A stretch of DNA of 63,810 nucleotides, the filler included, from Octopus bimaculoides (Eukaryota): the NCBI RefSeq assembly GCF_001194135.2. It is 6 parts of 5 records of this genome, joined end to end, with 100 filler letters (N's around TTAATTAATTAA, not from the genome) between each part and the next. Parts side by side here need not be neighbours in the genome. Positions count along the whole stretch, not along the records: positions 19,028 to 27,194 come from NC_068983.1; positions 27,295 to 51,968 come from NC_068985.1; 4 more parts are not named here. One strand, given 5' to 3'. This document shows, piece by piece, positions 26,835 to 40,098 of the stretch. How positions within the stretch are numbered: position 1 is the stretch's first letter; each line of letters opens with the position of its first letter. The notes below the pieces were generated by a model. That model did no database searches and had not been told where the DNA came from. It saw nothing but the letters and a program-made list of their open reading frames with translations. Made by a program: the position numbers and the translations under genes.

Positions 26835-26996
26835 TCTACAAGTAAATTTTCCATAATTCTCAATTTTATTAATCATTTTGATTAACATATAGCAGCAACT
26901 GAGACTACTTACTGGATTGTAATAAAGGAATAAGCTGATATGCTTCAAGAAGAAACAGCTAGGATTTAACCCTAATTACCTATATAATATATGCTA

Positions 26997-27052
<56 letters not shown>

Positions 27053-27602
27053 ATACAGACTTATCAACAAGAAAACGAAGCGACCGGAGAATTTCTCCAC
27101 CCAAAAAATTGAGATTTGTCTCAAACCGATATGGCCCTTTCAAAGTCATGTTACTTGGGGACGAAAATTTGCCACGGTCCTGGTACGCTTTAAGNNNNNN
27201 NNNNNNNNNNNNNNNNNNNNNNNNNNNNNNNNNNNNNNTTAATTAATTAANNNNNNNNNNNNNNNNNNNNNNNNNNNNNNNNNNNNNNNNNNNNCCACAA
27301 AAAACAATAACAAAAAAACAACAAAGTGAGGACGTGATACGGATAGTGTTATTGGACGCTCGAGAAAGGAAAGATATATATATATATATATACATATAAA
27401 TAAATAAAATATATGTATGTATGCGTATATATGTATACATATGTATATGTATGTGTTTATATATGTACCTATGTATGTAATAATATATGTATATAATATT
27501 TATATATGGATATATATCTGCATATCTGTAAGTACGTATCTATATGTTTGTGTGTGAGTGTGTGTGCATATGTAACTATCTATTTATCTATCTATCTATC
27601 TG

Positions 27603-27656
<54 letters not shown>

Positions 27657-27695
27657 AACCTACACACGCACATAACTACACACCCAGGCACTGAC

Positions 27696-27731
<36 letters not shown>

Positions 27732-28042
27732 GAAAGAAATTTCTCTCAATTTCTTTTTATATGTTTTACTGCCAGACGTCAATCAACATCACAGCAAGCC
27801 AATTCTGGTTACAGTCACTACTACATTCAAAACTAACCAACCAGCCTGCCAACCAACCATCCATCCATCCATCCATCCATCCAACTAGTTAGCCACACAT
27901 CTCACAATAATACACAACATTCATTTTCTATCTGAAGTTTCTGTCTCCGAAACCATCTAACTTCACAGTTCCATTATATATCACCAGCATCACTTGCTAC
28001 CCCCATCACCAACTCCACCACCACCACCACCACCACCACCAC

Positions 28043-28092
<50 letters not shown>

Positions 28093-28674
28093 ACCACCAC
28101 CACTGTTACTACACGTCCAATCTCCATCACAACTTCGGCAAGCAGTTTTCAATCAATTTCTAATTGTTTCCTTCAAGGCTTATTTTTTTTTTCATTTATT
28201 TCGTTATCATTTTTCCGTTCTTTTGTTAGTTAGCCAACAAATTATATATCGCCCCGAGAACCATCAGTCTGTCTGTATGTAGATTCATTTCATAAAATGT
28301 TGTTCTACTTTACCTCAACTTCAGTGATGTTGTCTTATCAACAACATTTCATATTTTCTAAAATATTGATTTCCGACTTTAAACACAAAACCACATACTT
28401 ATGTGTATATCTATATATATAACTGTTGGACGTTTATGCTTTTCTCAAATGATACTGTTTTTGGTATTATTTTTGTTGTTGTTGCTTTGGCTGTGTGGTA
28501 AGACATTTGTTTCCCAGCTACATGGTTCAGGGTTCAATCCCACTGTGTAGCACCTTTGGCAAGTGTCTTTGTCAGAAGCTCTGGGCTGACCAAAGCCTTA
28601 TGGCTAGATTTGGTAGACAGAAAATGAAAAGAGACAGTCATATATATATATATATATTATATATTATATATATT

Positions 28675-28715
<41 letters not shown>

Positions 28716-29275
28716 TCATCAACATCGTTTAACGTCCGCTTTCCAAGCATGGGTTGGATGATTTGTCTGAGGACTGGCAAGCCAGAAGGCTGCACCAGGC
28801 TCCAATCTGATCTGGCAGAGTTTCTACAGCTGGATGCCCTTCCTAACGCCAACCACTCAGAGAGTGTAGTGGGTGCTTTTACGTGCCACCGGCACGAGAG
28901 CCAATCACACAGTACTGGCAACAGACACGCTTGAAAAGGTGTTTTCTATGTGCCACCTGCACGGGAGCCAGTCCAGCGGCACTGGCAACGACTTCGCTCT
29001 AATGATTTTCTAATGTGCCACCAGCACAAATGCTAGAAGGCAACGCTGGTAACGATTACGCTCAAATGGTGCTATTTACGGGCCACTAGCACGGAAGCCA
29101 GACAGCTGCTCTGGCAATGAACATGCTCGACAGTACTGTTAATGCTCCACTGGCTCAGGTGCCAGTCATCGAGTATGGTTCAATTACGATTTCACTTGCC
29201 TCAACAGGTCTTCAGAAGCAGAGTTTAGTGTCCAATGAAGGAGAGGTTGGCATGGGTGCCAGTCGTCGGATTCGG
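28716..29275 (-). mobile_element. Repeat carrying an RTE-like 3' tail with internal gtgccaccggcac-type subrepeats
   Basis: (CAT)n followed by ggatgcccttcctaacgccaacc (reverse complement of a typical RTE 3' end). Related pieces at 36640-36785(-) and 39330-39600(+). Confidence 0.6.
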
Positions 29276-30479
29276 CTCGATTTCAATTTTAGATTTCAAA
29301 TTTCAAATTCCAAATTGTTCACATCCCCACAACTTAGTATGTCACCATAAGAGACAGACACAATAAAAAAAAAAAGAAAAAGTACTGAGTCATGTACTGT
29401 TCATCTAAAGACCTCAAGATATTGCCCCTACATGGCTGCAGCTGATTCATTATCAAAAGTGTTCCAGCCATGATCATCCCAACTTAGGATTATATTTTTC
29501 AGTGTGTATTTCTGTACTTTTGAAGCTGGTAATGCATGAGTCGAGGGCATTTTGACTCCTCTTTCTACTAGCTCAACTGAAATACTGACCTAAGAGAATT
29601 CATGTCATTTCCATAAAATTAAAATCCCACCAGGAATTAAATACATTTCACTATTTCTATTCAACTGAAAGTTATTTTTTTTTGCTTATTGTGGTTTTAT
29701 AACACTATTTAGAAGGCTGTAGATTGGTTTCATATTAAAGCATTGTATTAGCTATGGCCCTTTACAATCTCTTTTAAAATCTCTGCAGGCTTGGATTTGC
29801 CTTTCATCATTCAGGGGTCAATAAAATTAAGTATCAGTAAAGGGTTGAGATTTGTACAATTGACTAAGCATTCCCTCACCTGGGAATATGTGGCAATTTC
29901 TACACCTACATTAAAAATAAGTATGTTTTCTTGCATAAACACAAATCTGGTTGATAAAATAGATATCTGTAGTTGATAAGAAATGTACCTGTCAAATACT
30001 GAGATTAATACAATTGACAATATGCACCATAACTCCAAATATGCAGTTTAATGTGAACCTATGTTAGAAATCTTTCATAGGTACTAAAACTACCCACACA
30101 ATTATAAGGGAAGGAAATAACATTATGTGAGGTTTATGCTTTTCAAAGGAACATTTACAGCATAGGCATAAGTAAGGAATTCAGGAATCATGAACTTACA
30201 TGGATAATGATCAATAAATAGACATCAGAAATCATATACAAATGAAAGAGAGTGTTATGAAAGTATATTATAGATGCATTAGATTAATACTTAAGGTAGA
30301 GCTAAATGAAAAACATTTATATTTTAGCTATATTCTAGCTGTTTTACTAAACTGAGTGGGTGTATACAGAAAATATATCACAATACTATCTGAGAAGTGA
30401 TTGTCAACTAAGATTAGATTTTTGATTGAGGCACAAGGTCAAAGACTTCCGAACAGAATCTATGGAAAGTAGGTGATTA

Positions 30480-32175
30480 AGAATTCCTGAAATAACAGCA
30501 GAATGTGTGCAGGCTGGAAAAATATATTTGCTCCATTTTGTTTCTGGTTGCTCAGTTCAAGATAGGGCCTTAGACAGCCAAGGGAAATTAAACAAGCATA
30601 ATGAAATATTGGGTTATTCCATAAATGATGTGTCTTTTTATACTTCTTTTATTTTTCAAAATTAAGATGAACAAAGTTCATTTTTAATCTAAAATATACT
30701 GTCCTTCATTTTCTACAATGCTCTTCCATCTATCTGGTAGACTTGCAATGCCCCTCTTCCAAAATTTACTTGTCTGTGATGAAAAATACTCCTCCATTAT
30801 TGTTCTGACCTCATCTACAGAATTCATATTTTTTCCGTCCAAATGATTTTGAAGACTGTGGAATAAATGATAATCAGATGATGCAATGTCCTGCGAATAT
30901 GGTGGGTGAGGCATCGTTTCCCATTCAAACTGCTCTAGCCTTTAGAGTGTCCTCCTTGCTGTATGTGGCCAAGCATTATCTTGATGGAAGAACACCTTTC
31001 ATCTTGAAACCAAAGATGATCGTTTTCCTTCTAGCACTGACTGAAGCTGTTCACTGTAGATCTCCTTTGTTATTGTTTGGTTTCATTTTAAAAGTTCAAA
31101 ATGGACTAAACCTTTTATATCCCACCAAACAGATAACAACACCTTACATGGGTGAAGACCTTCTTTAGCCTTTCTACTGTCTTTGGTGTTGGACATTTTA
31201 TAGAGAACCTATTTCTCATCACCAGTCACTATTCGGTAGAAAAACAGTTCATTCATGAGACGTGACAACAAAATAGAGCACACATTCACTCTCTGCACGC
31301 AATTAAACTCGGAAAGTTTGTGAGGAACCCATTGACCCAATTTACTGACTTTTCCAGTGGCATGCAGGTGTCAATGAATGGTTGAATGACCAAGTCCAAG
31401 CTTCTCTGCTAGTTCCTCAACAGTTACAATGGGATTTTGTTCCACCAGAGTTTGCAAAACTAACAGGATGAGGCTCATCTTCTGGGCTGTAGTTTCCAGC
31501 TCAGAATTTCTGAAACCACCATTGACACTAGCTTACACTTATTGTCTAATCCCCATATACTGCATTAATATTCCTCACATTTTCCATTGCATTGTTGCCT
31601 TTATTGAACTCATAAAGCAAAATATGCCAAATATGTTCCTTTGTCACTTCCATTATAGCCTTGAAAGAACAACTGTTAAATTCGAACTGCACCATTCAAA
31701 ACTTGCACTAAGAATGAGTACAAGGTAAAATTTCTACCTGCTTTTATAGTAAGTTGATGGAGGCAGTTTATCCTGTCCCCTTCTGACTTTTAGTTCATGT
31801 AATTGAAACAACTGCATTATTTATGGGATGACCCAATACTAGCAAAGGGACACTGTATACTGTAAATGTAAGCCAGAAAGAGTCAGTGAGGATGCTAAGA
31901 TAACAATAACTTGGCATATGCCTTTTTCTGCACAAGCAGAGATATCAAAATTCATCTGATGGATTTGGTTTCCAAGGACCAAAGATGCAGAAATGCCTCA
32001 TAATCGACATTTATGTTAGAAAATTCAATGTTATATTTCTACATGAAATGGAGAAGTTATCCACATATGAAGATCTTACAACAGAGGTAACCAGAATGTT
32101 GGGGCTGAAATATAAATAGTCTCTGTAATAATAAGTAACTTAAGAGAGATTAAAAACTATGCAGATGGTAAACAG
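30480..32175 (+). mobile_element. RLE-type LINE 3' region (zinc knuckle plus PD-(D/E)xK nuclease), split by the mariner at 30609-31836
   Basis: Left of the mariner: RMC..HFVSGC..KHNE (CCHC-knuckle-like). Right: PERVSE..ITWHMP..CLIIDI..EMEKLSTYEDLTTEVTRMLGLK (RLE motif like DIxxPxD..EKLxKYxDL). Confidence 0.65.
30609..31836 (-). mobile_element. Near full-length (1228 bp) mariner DD34D transposon, transposase pseudogene (ATG 31653 to TAA 30684)
   Basis: TIRs ttgggttattccataaatgatg (30609) and cattatttatgggatgacccaa (ending 31836), 3 mismatches, each flanked by TA. Minus-strand translation gives MEVTKEHIWHILLYEFNKG, WVPHKL, VTGDEK, HQDNAWPH and HPPYSQDIASSDYHLF, with exactly 34 residues between the 2nd and 3rd Asp. 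In-frame stops are present. Confidence 0.92.
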
Positions 32176-32398
32176 GTTTTAAAGCTCCTTATTTAATAGA
32201 TTTAATCCTAGAAAATAAAACAGACAATCTTTAGATTCCTTTGTACAAATTGTGAACCATTCATTGTTTCTCTACATTATAACTGTTTTATAATACTTTA
32301 TGAGAAAGTGAAATAAAAACTAAATATTACAGTTCTACAGCTGTGTAAATATTTCCAACTTCAATATATATGCTGGAAAAGCAAATAATATATTTCAA

Positions 32399-32530
32399 AA
32401 TGAAATGGAGAACTTATCCAGATATGAAAATCTAACAATAGAGATAACCAGAATGTTGGGGGAAGAAACAGAAATAGCCTCTGTAATAATAAGTAACTTG
32501 GGAGGGATTAAAAAGCATGCAGAAGGCAAA
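32399..32530 (+). mobile_element. Second copy of the RLE nuclease segment
   Basis: atgaaatggagaacttatccagatatgaa...ataaccagaatgttgggg aligns with 32043-32175 (offset ~357 bp). Confidence 0.7.
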
Positions 32531-35410
32531 TGCATGATCAAAACGTAAGGACCACTCAAAGTGCAGAAAATAGCACTGCTAACCTCTAAGTTACTTTCAA
32601 TATAGTAAGGAAATGCAAAATCTGAATAAAATGCTTCACCTTCATCGAGGCATACAGATATGTTTCTTCGTTCTGTGGAATTGTGTAATTACAAAAATAG
32701 GACATTTTGGAAAATTTTTGGAATAGTAATAAAATAATCTTCCTTTATATCTATTTTTGATATTGTTGATGTTGCTGATATCATTGATATGGTTAATATT
32801 CAATGTTGCTGAAAAATATTATTAAAAGTGCAGAAAGTGGCGAGATGGCAGAATCATTTGCATGCTGGAAAAAATGCTTAGTGGTATTTACTCCATCTTT
32901 ATATTCTGAGTTCAAAGTCTACCGAGGTCAACTTCACCCTTAATCCTTTCGGAGTTGTTAAAATAAGTACCAGTTGAGCACTGGGGGTCAATGTAATCAA
33001 CTTAACCCCTCCCTAGAAATTACTGGCCTTGTGCCAAAATTTTAAACCAATATAACGTGTGCAGAAGAAAATAGGAGTAGACAATATCTTTAGTAAGTCT
33101 TAGTTAATCATGTATGATTAAAATGTTATCTCATCTCTCCCCTTTAATGGACATATAAAATAAATTTATCGTTACATATCTTAAACAAAAAAAAAAGGAC
33201 TTGTCTACGCACTTATGTGGGAAAATTCCAATACACAGTTAGAATGAGAAAGAAAAAAAAAGGAGAGATTGTCATCCGGTTTAGGTCGGGGGGGGGGGTA
33301 CATTAATATCACCATTGCATTTCCTCTTTACGCCATAACTAATGATCCTGTAACTTCTATTCAGATACTTACAAAAGGAAATTTCCCCTTTCACAAAAGC
33401 AGCAACAGCTATTCTAACAATTCACCAAATACTCATATGAATGAGAAAAGTTAAACTGCAATTTTATGAACAAGTGTTATATTGAAGAGAACTATTTATG
33501 AGTGAGAGTATGTTTGTGTGAATGGATGTGTGAATGTCTGGGTGTATCTACATGTGTATCACAGTCTGTCTTTGTGTGTGTGTGTCTCCCCTAATAACAT
33601 GGCTATTATTTACTGTAATACAGAAGTAGGATTCCTGTGGTCTGACTATAGGATTCCTGATGTTCCTTCATTCAGCTTCACTTTATTGAATCATGTTTCC
33701 TGTTGCCACAAAACTCAATTCAAAATGCATTTCGGGTTTACTGAGTCTATTATGCCTGTTTTTTTTCCCCCCTCACTTCTTTTGAATCCCCTACCATCAA
33801 CCAACTTTCTGTTAGGGAAATCTGTCATGATCCTTTGTTCATTATTCAAACTTTTACTTCTACTTGCAGTGATTTAGCAACATAAATGGAACATATTTTA
33901 ACACAAGCCTCTCTTAATAAGGAACACAGTTTAAGTGTGTGGAGGGGCTTGACAGTGTATATAGGAGATTTCTTCAGCATCATGTCCATTCTTTCAATCA
34001 AGTTTAAAAAAAGAAAAATGATTAATAATAATATTTCTTTAATATGTCCATAACGATGAGTGATCATCAGCTCTGTCTCTTTATATATTTTACAGCTTCT
34101 GTCAAATTTCTTTTCAAGAGTCCTTACTGAGTGACCAATATCTGTGAACCAGATCTTTATTTATCTACGGTTTATTTTGTTATACTGTTCAATATATCTG
34201 TCTAAATAGGTGGCAGATGTATTCAAGCTGGTCTGAGTTGCCAGCAACTTCTCAACCATAACATCATCAGCAACACAATTTGTCTAAAATAATGACAGCT
34301 ATTTATGAATCAGATACATTTTGAAGTTGGATATTAAACTTGCTCTCTTTTATGCCAGTTTGAAACGTTGAAACATAGGTTTTAAAGCCCCTTATTTACT
34401 AGACTTTACTATTTACTAGACTTATTTACTAGAAAATGAAACAGACTAATCGTTAAGATTCCTTAATATGAATTTTGTACTATTTATTGTTTATCTACAT
34501 TGCAAACTGCTTTATAACACTCAATGAGAAAGTAAGATAAGAGCTAAATATTACAGAACTACAACCTGGTGAATATTTCTAACTTCATGTTGGAATGTTT
34601 TTATTTGTAAACAACTAGAAGTATTACTGATAGATTTAAAGGTGATATTTTGCAGAATTTATGGATAATTTTTAAACAATACACTGGCTGTTTGCGTAAC
34701 TGAAGTTATCTGAGTATGACTCGGTAGCAAACTGTATAGAGTACAATAACCTTCTTCATAATTACATCAAATGTAGCTAGACTGACTTTACACTATCCTT
34801 GGCTGTCCTCAACATTGCAGCATAATTTGCATTCAGCCAGTTATTGCTTTATTTTCTATGTATTGTGCTACATTGTGTAGTTATGGCATAAATGACATTC
34901 AAAAGTTTAATTAACAAATCTTTATTCTGTGTATTTGCTTCAACTCATGACAGGTCTTTTTGCACTCAGCATATGTAATCTAATATCATTACATGAATAC
35001 AATACCATTACATTCAACTGTCTTGCATGCAGTGATGAAAATCATCCCAGTTTTAATCATTCACTCTTTTTTACTCATTATATATGTAAAACAAATATAA
35101 TGATAAACTCATAGAAATGAGGAAAGAAGTTTTAATTTAAAAGTAAAACCGAAAAAGAGTGAAACCATTAATGTGTATCTTGAAAATTAAGAAAATTTCA
35201 TTATCAAATTTTAATACTGATGATTTTATCTTGTATTATAGTATAGAAAATATAGAGTAAATTTGATATTTGTTTTGCAGACATGTCATTTTTTCTTTCC
35301 AAAATATTATCTGTATTTCATAAATTTTCTGTTGAATTTGAACATAGTAATTACATTTAAAACTGGTGAAACTATAATTAAAATATGTAAATTAATTTTG
35401 TTCATTGCAG

Positions 35411-35643
35411 GAAAAGGTTTGTATGGTGATGTCTTTCTAGCCCAGGCTCGCAACATTCGAGAGTCTGAAAGTGAAAGTTTGGTTGTCGTCAAATCACTGC
35501 TAAATAAGGACGAACAGCTGTTTTTTGAGTTTAAGCACGAAATGGATATGTTTTCACGCCTGGAACATCCAAATATTACCAAGCTTCTTGGTGTCTGCCG
35601 CGAAGCAGAACCAAACTTCATGATTACAGAATATTGTGACTGG
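35411..35643 (+). CDS. PTK7: PTK7/off-track receptor tyrosine pseudokinase, penultimate coding exon (kinase N-lobe), 233 nt, phase 1 in / phase 0 out
   Basis: Acceptor ttcattgcag|GA at 35410/35411 and donor TGG|gtgtgt at 35643/35644. Encodes (G)KGLYGDVFLAQARNIRESESESLVVVKSLLNKDEQLFFEFKHEMDMFSRLEHPNITKLLGVCREAEPNFMITEYCDW. This aligns without gaps to human PTK7 GKSEFGEVFLAKAQ...LVLVKSLQSKDEQ...LLGLCREAEPHYMVLEYVDL (recalled sequence). Confidence 0.93.
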
Positions 35644-36787
35644 GTGTGTAGATATTTATGCTTATTTTTTGCATGGTTTCAGTTTCTAGGTTATATAAAG
35701 TTATCCTACATATTACAAGTACATTCTGTGCATAAATAGATGTCTATATTATAGTTGTTATTCTAATTAATATAACATTGAGACTCCTTTACAGTGCAAA
35801 CTGCCTTCAAAGCAAGAGTTATTTACAAAATTGCTCCAAAAGAATAGTAATTCTACACACACAAATTCAACTAAACCTCAGAAGGGTATAACATTACAGA
35901 ATTGTGCTACAACACTTTCGTATTGCAAAACTATCACCTTCATATTAATTTCAATATTGAAATATGCCAAATTGAATAAAATGATGCATTAAATTAACTT
36001 GTAAACAAATATTCTACTGAAAAGTTTTAAGATTTTGTAATTGTACAGAAAGTGAGAAATGCTGTATATATATATATATATATNNNNNNNNNNNNNNNNN
36101 NNNNNNNNNNNNNNNNNNNNNNNNNNNNNNNNNNNNNNNNNNNNNNNNNNNNNNNNNNNNNNNNNNNNNNNNNNNNNNNNNNNNNNNNNNNNNNNNNNNN
36201 NNNNNNNNNNNNNNNNNNNNNNNNNNNNNNNNNNNNNNNNNNNNNNNNNNNNNNNNNNNNNNNNNNNNNNNNNNNNNNNNNNNNNNNNNNNNNNNNNNNN
36301 NNNNNNNNNNNNNNNNNNNNNNNNNNNNNNNNNNNNNNNNNNNNNNNNNNNNNNNNNNNNNNNNNNNNNNNNNNNNNNNNNNNNNNNNNNNNNNNNNNNN
36401 NNNNNNNNNNNNNNNNNNNNNNNNNNNNNNNNNNNNNNNNNNNNNNNNNNNNNNNNNNNNNNNNNNNNNNNNNNNNNNNNNNNNNNNNNNNNNNNNNNNN
36501 NNNNNNNNNNNNNNNNNNNNNNNNNNNNNNNNNNNNNNNNNNNNNNNNNNNNNNNNNNNNNNNNNNNNNNNNNNNNNNNNNNNNNNNNNNNNNNNNNNNN
36601 NNNNNNNNNNNNNNNNNATATATATATATATATATAACCATCATTATCATTTGATATCCACTCTCCATAGGTCAGATGGTTTGACTGGAACTAGTAAGCT
36701 GGAGAGCTGTCCCAGGTTCCAGATTCCAGTCTGTTTTGGCATGGATTCTATAGTTGGATTCCTGCCCTTCCTAACACCAAGATAAAC

Positions 36788-36826
<39 letters not shown>

Positions 36827-37063
36827 CACAAGACAGCCTTAATCTTTTTATGAACACAGAACATAAAGAGCAATAATAATATCAATAATAATGATGATGA
36901 TGATGATGGTATTAACAATAGAATTTATAATAAGATATGGATTTTCAGAAAGCAAAAAGGATTAATTAATTGATTATATATATTTGATATGTGAATCATG
37001 TATTTATAAATATAACAAAACTTTCTTTTAACTGCGTTTCTTTTCTTTTCCTTCTGTTGGCAG

Positions 37064-37642
37064 GGAGATTTGAAACAATTTCTTCTTGCTACAAGAAATG
37101 ACAATGGAAAACGTATTGCTCGTGCCCCACCACTGACAATTCCACAAAAATTGAATCTATGTCGACAGGTATCGCTGGGAATGGAACACTTGGCTAGCAA
37201 CCGATTCATTCATAAAGATTTAGCATCAAGGAATGTGTTGCTAACAAACAGATTAGATGTAAAGATATCGTTGTTGTCGCTGTGTCGTGACGTGTATGCC
37301 CAAGAGTATTACCCACATTTTCAATGTCTCATTCCATTACGGTGGATGCCACCCGAGGCTGTTTTAGATGATGAATTCTCAACTAAAAGTGATGTGTGGT
37401 CGTTTGGAGTTTTTATGTGGGAAGTTTTTCATCTGGGAGAATTGCCTCATAAGTCAAAGACCAATGAGGAATTACTTAAATGTATCAAAGTTGATGACAT
37501 CTCCCTAGATATCTGTGACCAATGCTTGCCGGGAATAGCTGAACTGATCAGGAAGTGTACACAACTTAATGCTAAAGACAGACCCCAGTTCAACGAAATA
37601 AGTATTGCTCTAGGAGAGCTTAATACAGAAAACAATGTTTGA
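37064..37642 (+). CDS. PTK7: PTK7/off-track terminal coding exon (kinase C-lobe to stop), 192 aa + TGA
   Basis: Long polypyrimidine tract plus cag|GGA GAT TTG, in frame with the previous exon (DW|GDLKQFL). Motifs HKDLASRN, KISLLSLCRDVYAQEYY, PLRWMPPE, FSTKSDVWSFGV and KDRPQFNEI match the PTK7 family (human GDLKQFL, HKDLAARN, KVSALGLSKDVYNSEYY, FSTKSDVWAFGV). DFG is absent, as expected for this pseudokinase. Confidence 0.95.
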   Translation, partial: GDLKQFLLATRNDNGKRIARAPPLTIPQKLNLCRQVSLGMEHLASNRFIHKDLASRNVLLTNRLDVKISLLSLCRDVYAQEYYPHFQCLIPLRWMPPEAVLDDEFSTKSDVWSFGVFMWEVFHLGELPHKSKTNEELLKCIKVDDISLDICDQCLPGIAELIRKCTQLNAKDRPQFNEISIALGELNTENNV

Positions 37643-37712
37643 AGGGTGAGAAAGGGTTTTTAAAAAAAAAAAAAACTACACCTAAAGATCCAATAACATT
37701 TAAAAAATAGAT

Positions 37713-38046
37713 AATAAATAAAAGAAAATTCATATTCACAAGGAAAAGCCCAGGATTAAAAAAAATATATATGTAATATTACAAATAATAAACTACTTTG
37801 ATTATGACACTAATAAAAGAAAAGAAAAGAAAAGAAAAACCTGAATAAGCCAATTCAGATTTCTCATTATCTTTATTTGTGTCATTTACTATACTCGAGA
37901 TGGTCGAGTGTGACATACTGTTTTTCTAAGAAACATTGAATACAAGAAACCAGTGAGTGAAAACTGTTGAACTGTTCATGAAAAGTTTGTTGTAGACTAA
38001 CTTTATCAAAAATTGATATCTGTGAAACAAAATTAAAAACAATAAA
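37713..38046 (+). promoter_or_regulatory. Candidate polyadenylation signals in the PTK7 3' UTR
   Basis: AATAAA at 37713, 37717, 37787, 37812 and 38041, downstream of the stop codon. The sequence is very A/T-rich, so some are chance matches. Confidence 0.35.
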
Positions 38047-38956
38047 TGAAAAGAAAAAGAAAATTTAAATGAACGTCACAACAACAACAATACCAAAAAA
38101 AAAAAAGAAACCCAACAAGATTTTAAATTAAAAATATTTACATATGAAAACATATGAAATATTTCAACGATTTTTTTTTTTTTAATATATATTTAAGGGC
38201 AGATAAAGTGGAAGACCATGAATAATGATTGTGAATGATCTTAGAGTGGGTAATAAATCATGAGAAATAATATAAAAATAAATATGATAAAAATTAATAA
38301 AAATTAAATAATGATAATAATAATAATAATAATAATAATAGCATTGATGAAAGAAGATGATAACTGGAAATGGTAATGGCGTTAAAAATGATGAATCAGA
38401 ACATAGTTGCGAAATATATCTACACAATCTATTTTTACTATATAAATGTATTGAAGAGTGACAGCTATTGAGGCCATCATTTGTCACAAAATAAATTCAG
38501 TATATTAGGGAGATAATAAAAAAAACAACAAAAATTAAAAAGCAGCACTAGCCGCAATAGTACAAACAGCAGCAATAACATTATCATGTTACTCACAACC
38601 ATTTTACACAAGAAACTGACGATAAAAATGTTCTTTACTTATATCATATATAGGACAGAACTTTATAAAACAAAATATATGATACTTAAATGTGGATCAA
38701 CATATGTATACATACATGTATACATATATATATATCTATGTGTGTGNNNNNNNNNNNNNNNNNNNNNNNNNNNNNNNNNNNNNNNNNNNNNNNNNNNNNN
38801 NNNNNNNNNNNNNNNNNNNNNNNNNNNNNNNNNNNNNNNNNNNNNNGAAACAAGTAAAAGAGTAAAAAGAGTATATATATATATATATATATGTATATAA
38901 ATATAATATATATATATATAATATCTATATATTATGTATGTATTATGTATGTATTA

Positions 38957-38999
<43 letters not shown>

Positions 39000-39062
39000 T
39001 TATTTATATATCTATAATATATGTGCATATAATGTGTGTATGTATGCATGTATGTATATATG

Positions 39063-39110
<48 letters not shown>

Positions 39111-39658
39111 CATATAATGTATGTATGCATATATATATAATGTATGAATAAAGATATGTGTGTGTATGTATGAATATATATGTGTGTGTATATTAATATA
39201 TGTATACGATATTTTTTCCTATACACATGTATTATAAAATTTATATTCACATATGAATATATAAATATACGTGTGTGATAAACTTTTAACTCCTCTACAC
39301 CAAGAAGTCTTTTCTTATCTGGCCTCTTAACCTGTGTATTAAGACCCCATCTGTCTCCCTTGGTGTTCTTGCATAGTTATGCAACATAATTGTTGTGCTG
39401 ATGGTATAAAAAGATGCACTAAGAACATGCTCGAATGTGATTGTAACGAGGAAAGGCATCTAGCCCTAGAAACATTACCCAAGGATACAATGGAACATGA
39501 TGCTATCTCTGGACCTGTCTGATCATCTCACACCCGTCCAACCTAAGCCAATAGGGATTAGCTATGTAAGGTGATAATGATGATGATGGTGATGACATTT
39601 CCAATACACACTTACACATATATATGTGTATGTGTATGGCTATATATATGTATATATG

Positions 39659-39712
<54 letters not shown>

Positions 39713-40062
39713 TATACACACACACACACACACATACATGCAAAAGAAATCTAATTTGTGCAGCTGATGGATACATATATGTGTGTGTGTATGTATCTGT
39801 ATACATATATATGTGTGTGTGCATGCATAAATATATGTATCAATGAATACATAACTGTTCCAAAAATACATTTATATATTTATCTATTTTGATATATATA
39901 TACATACACTCACATGTATATACATATCTATACAGATGTATATTTGTATACATTTATGTGTGTTTGGGTTTTTGTTTGAATTAATGTTCCAGTAGCTATG
40001 ATATATAAGGTTTCAGTATCTTTCCATTGCCACGTATGTCTGCATGTATAATATAATTTTTT

Positions 40063-40098
<36 letters not shown>

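Noticed and set aside
35263-35739. The 158-aa ORF as a stand-alone gene
   Set aside because: Only 35411-35643 is kinase-like and bounded by splice sites; the flanks are intron read-through. Likewise the true start of the 37070 ORF is the acceptor at 37064.
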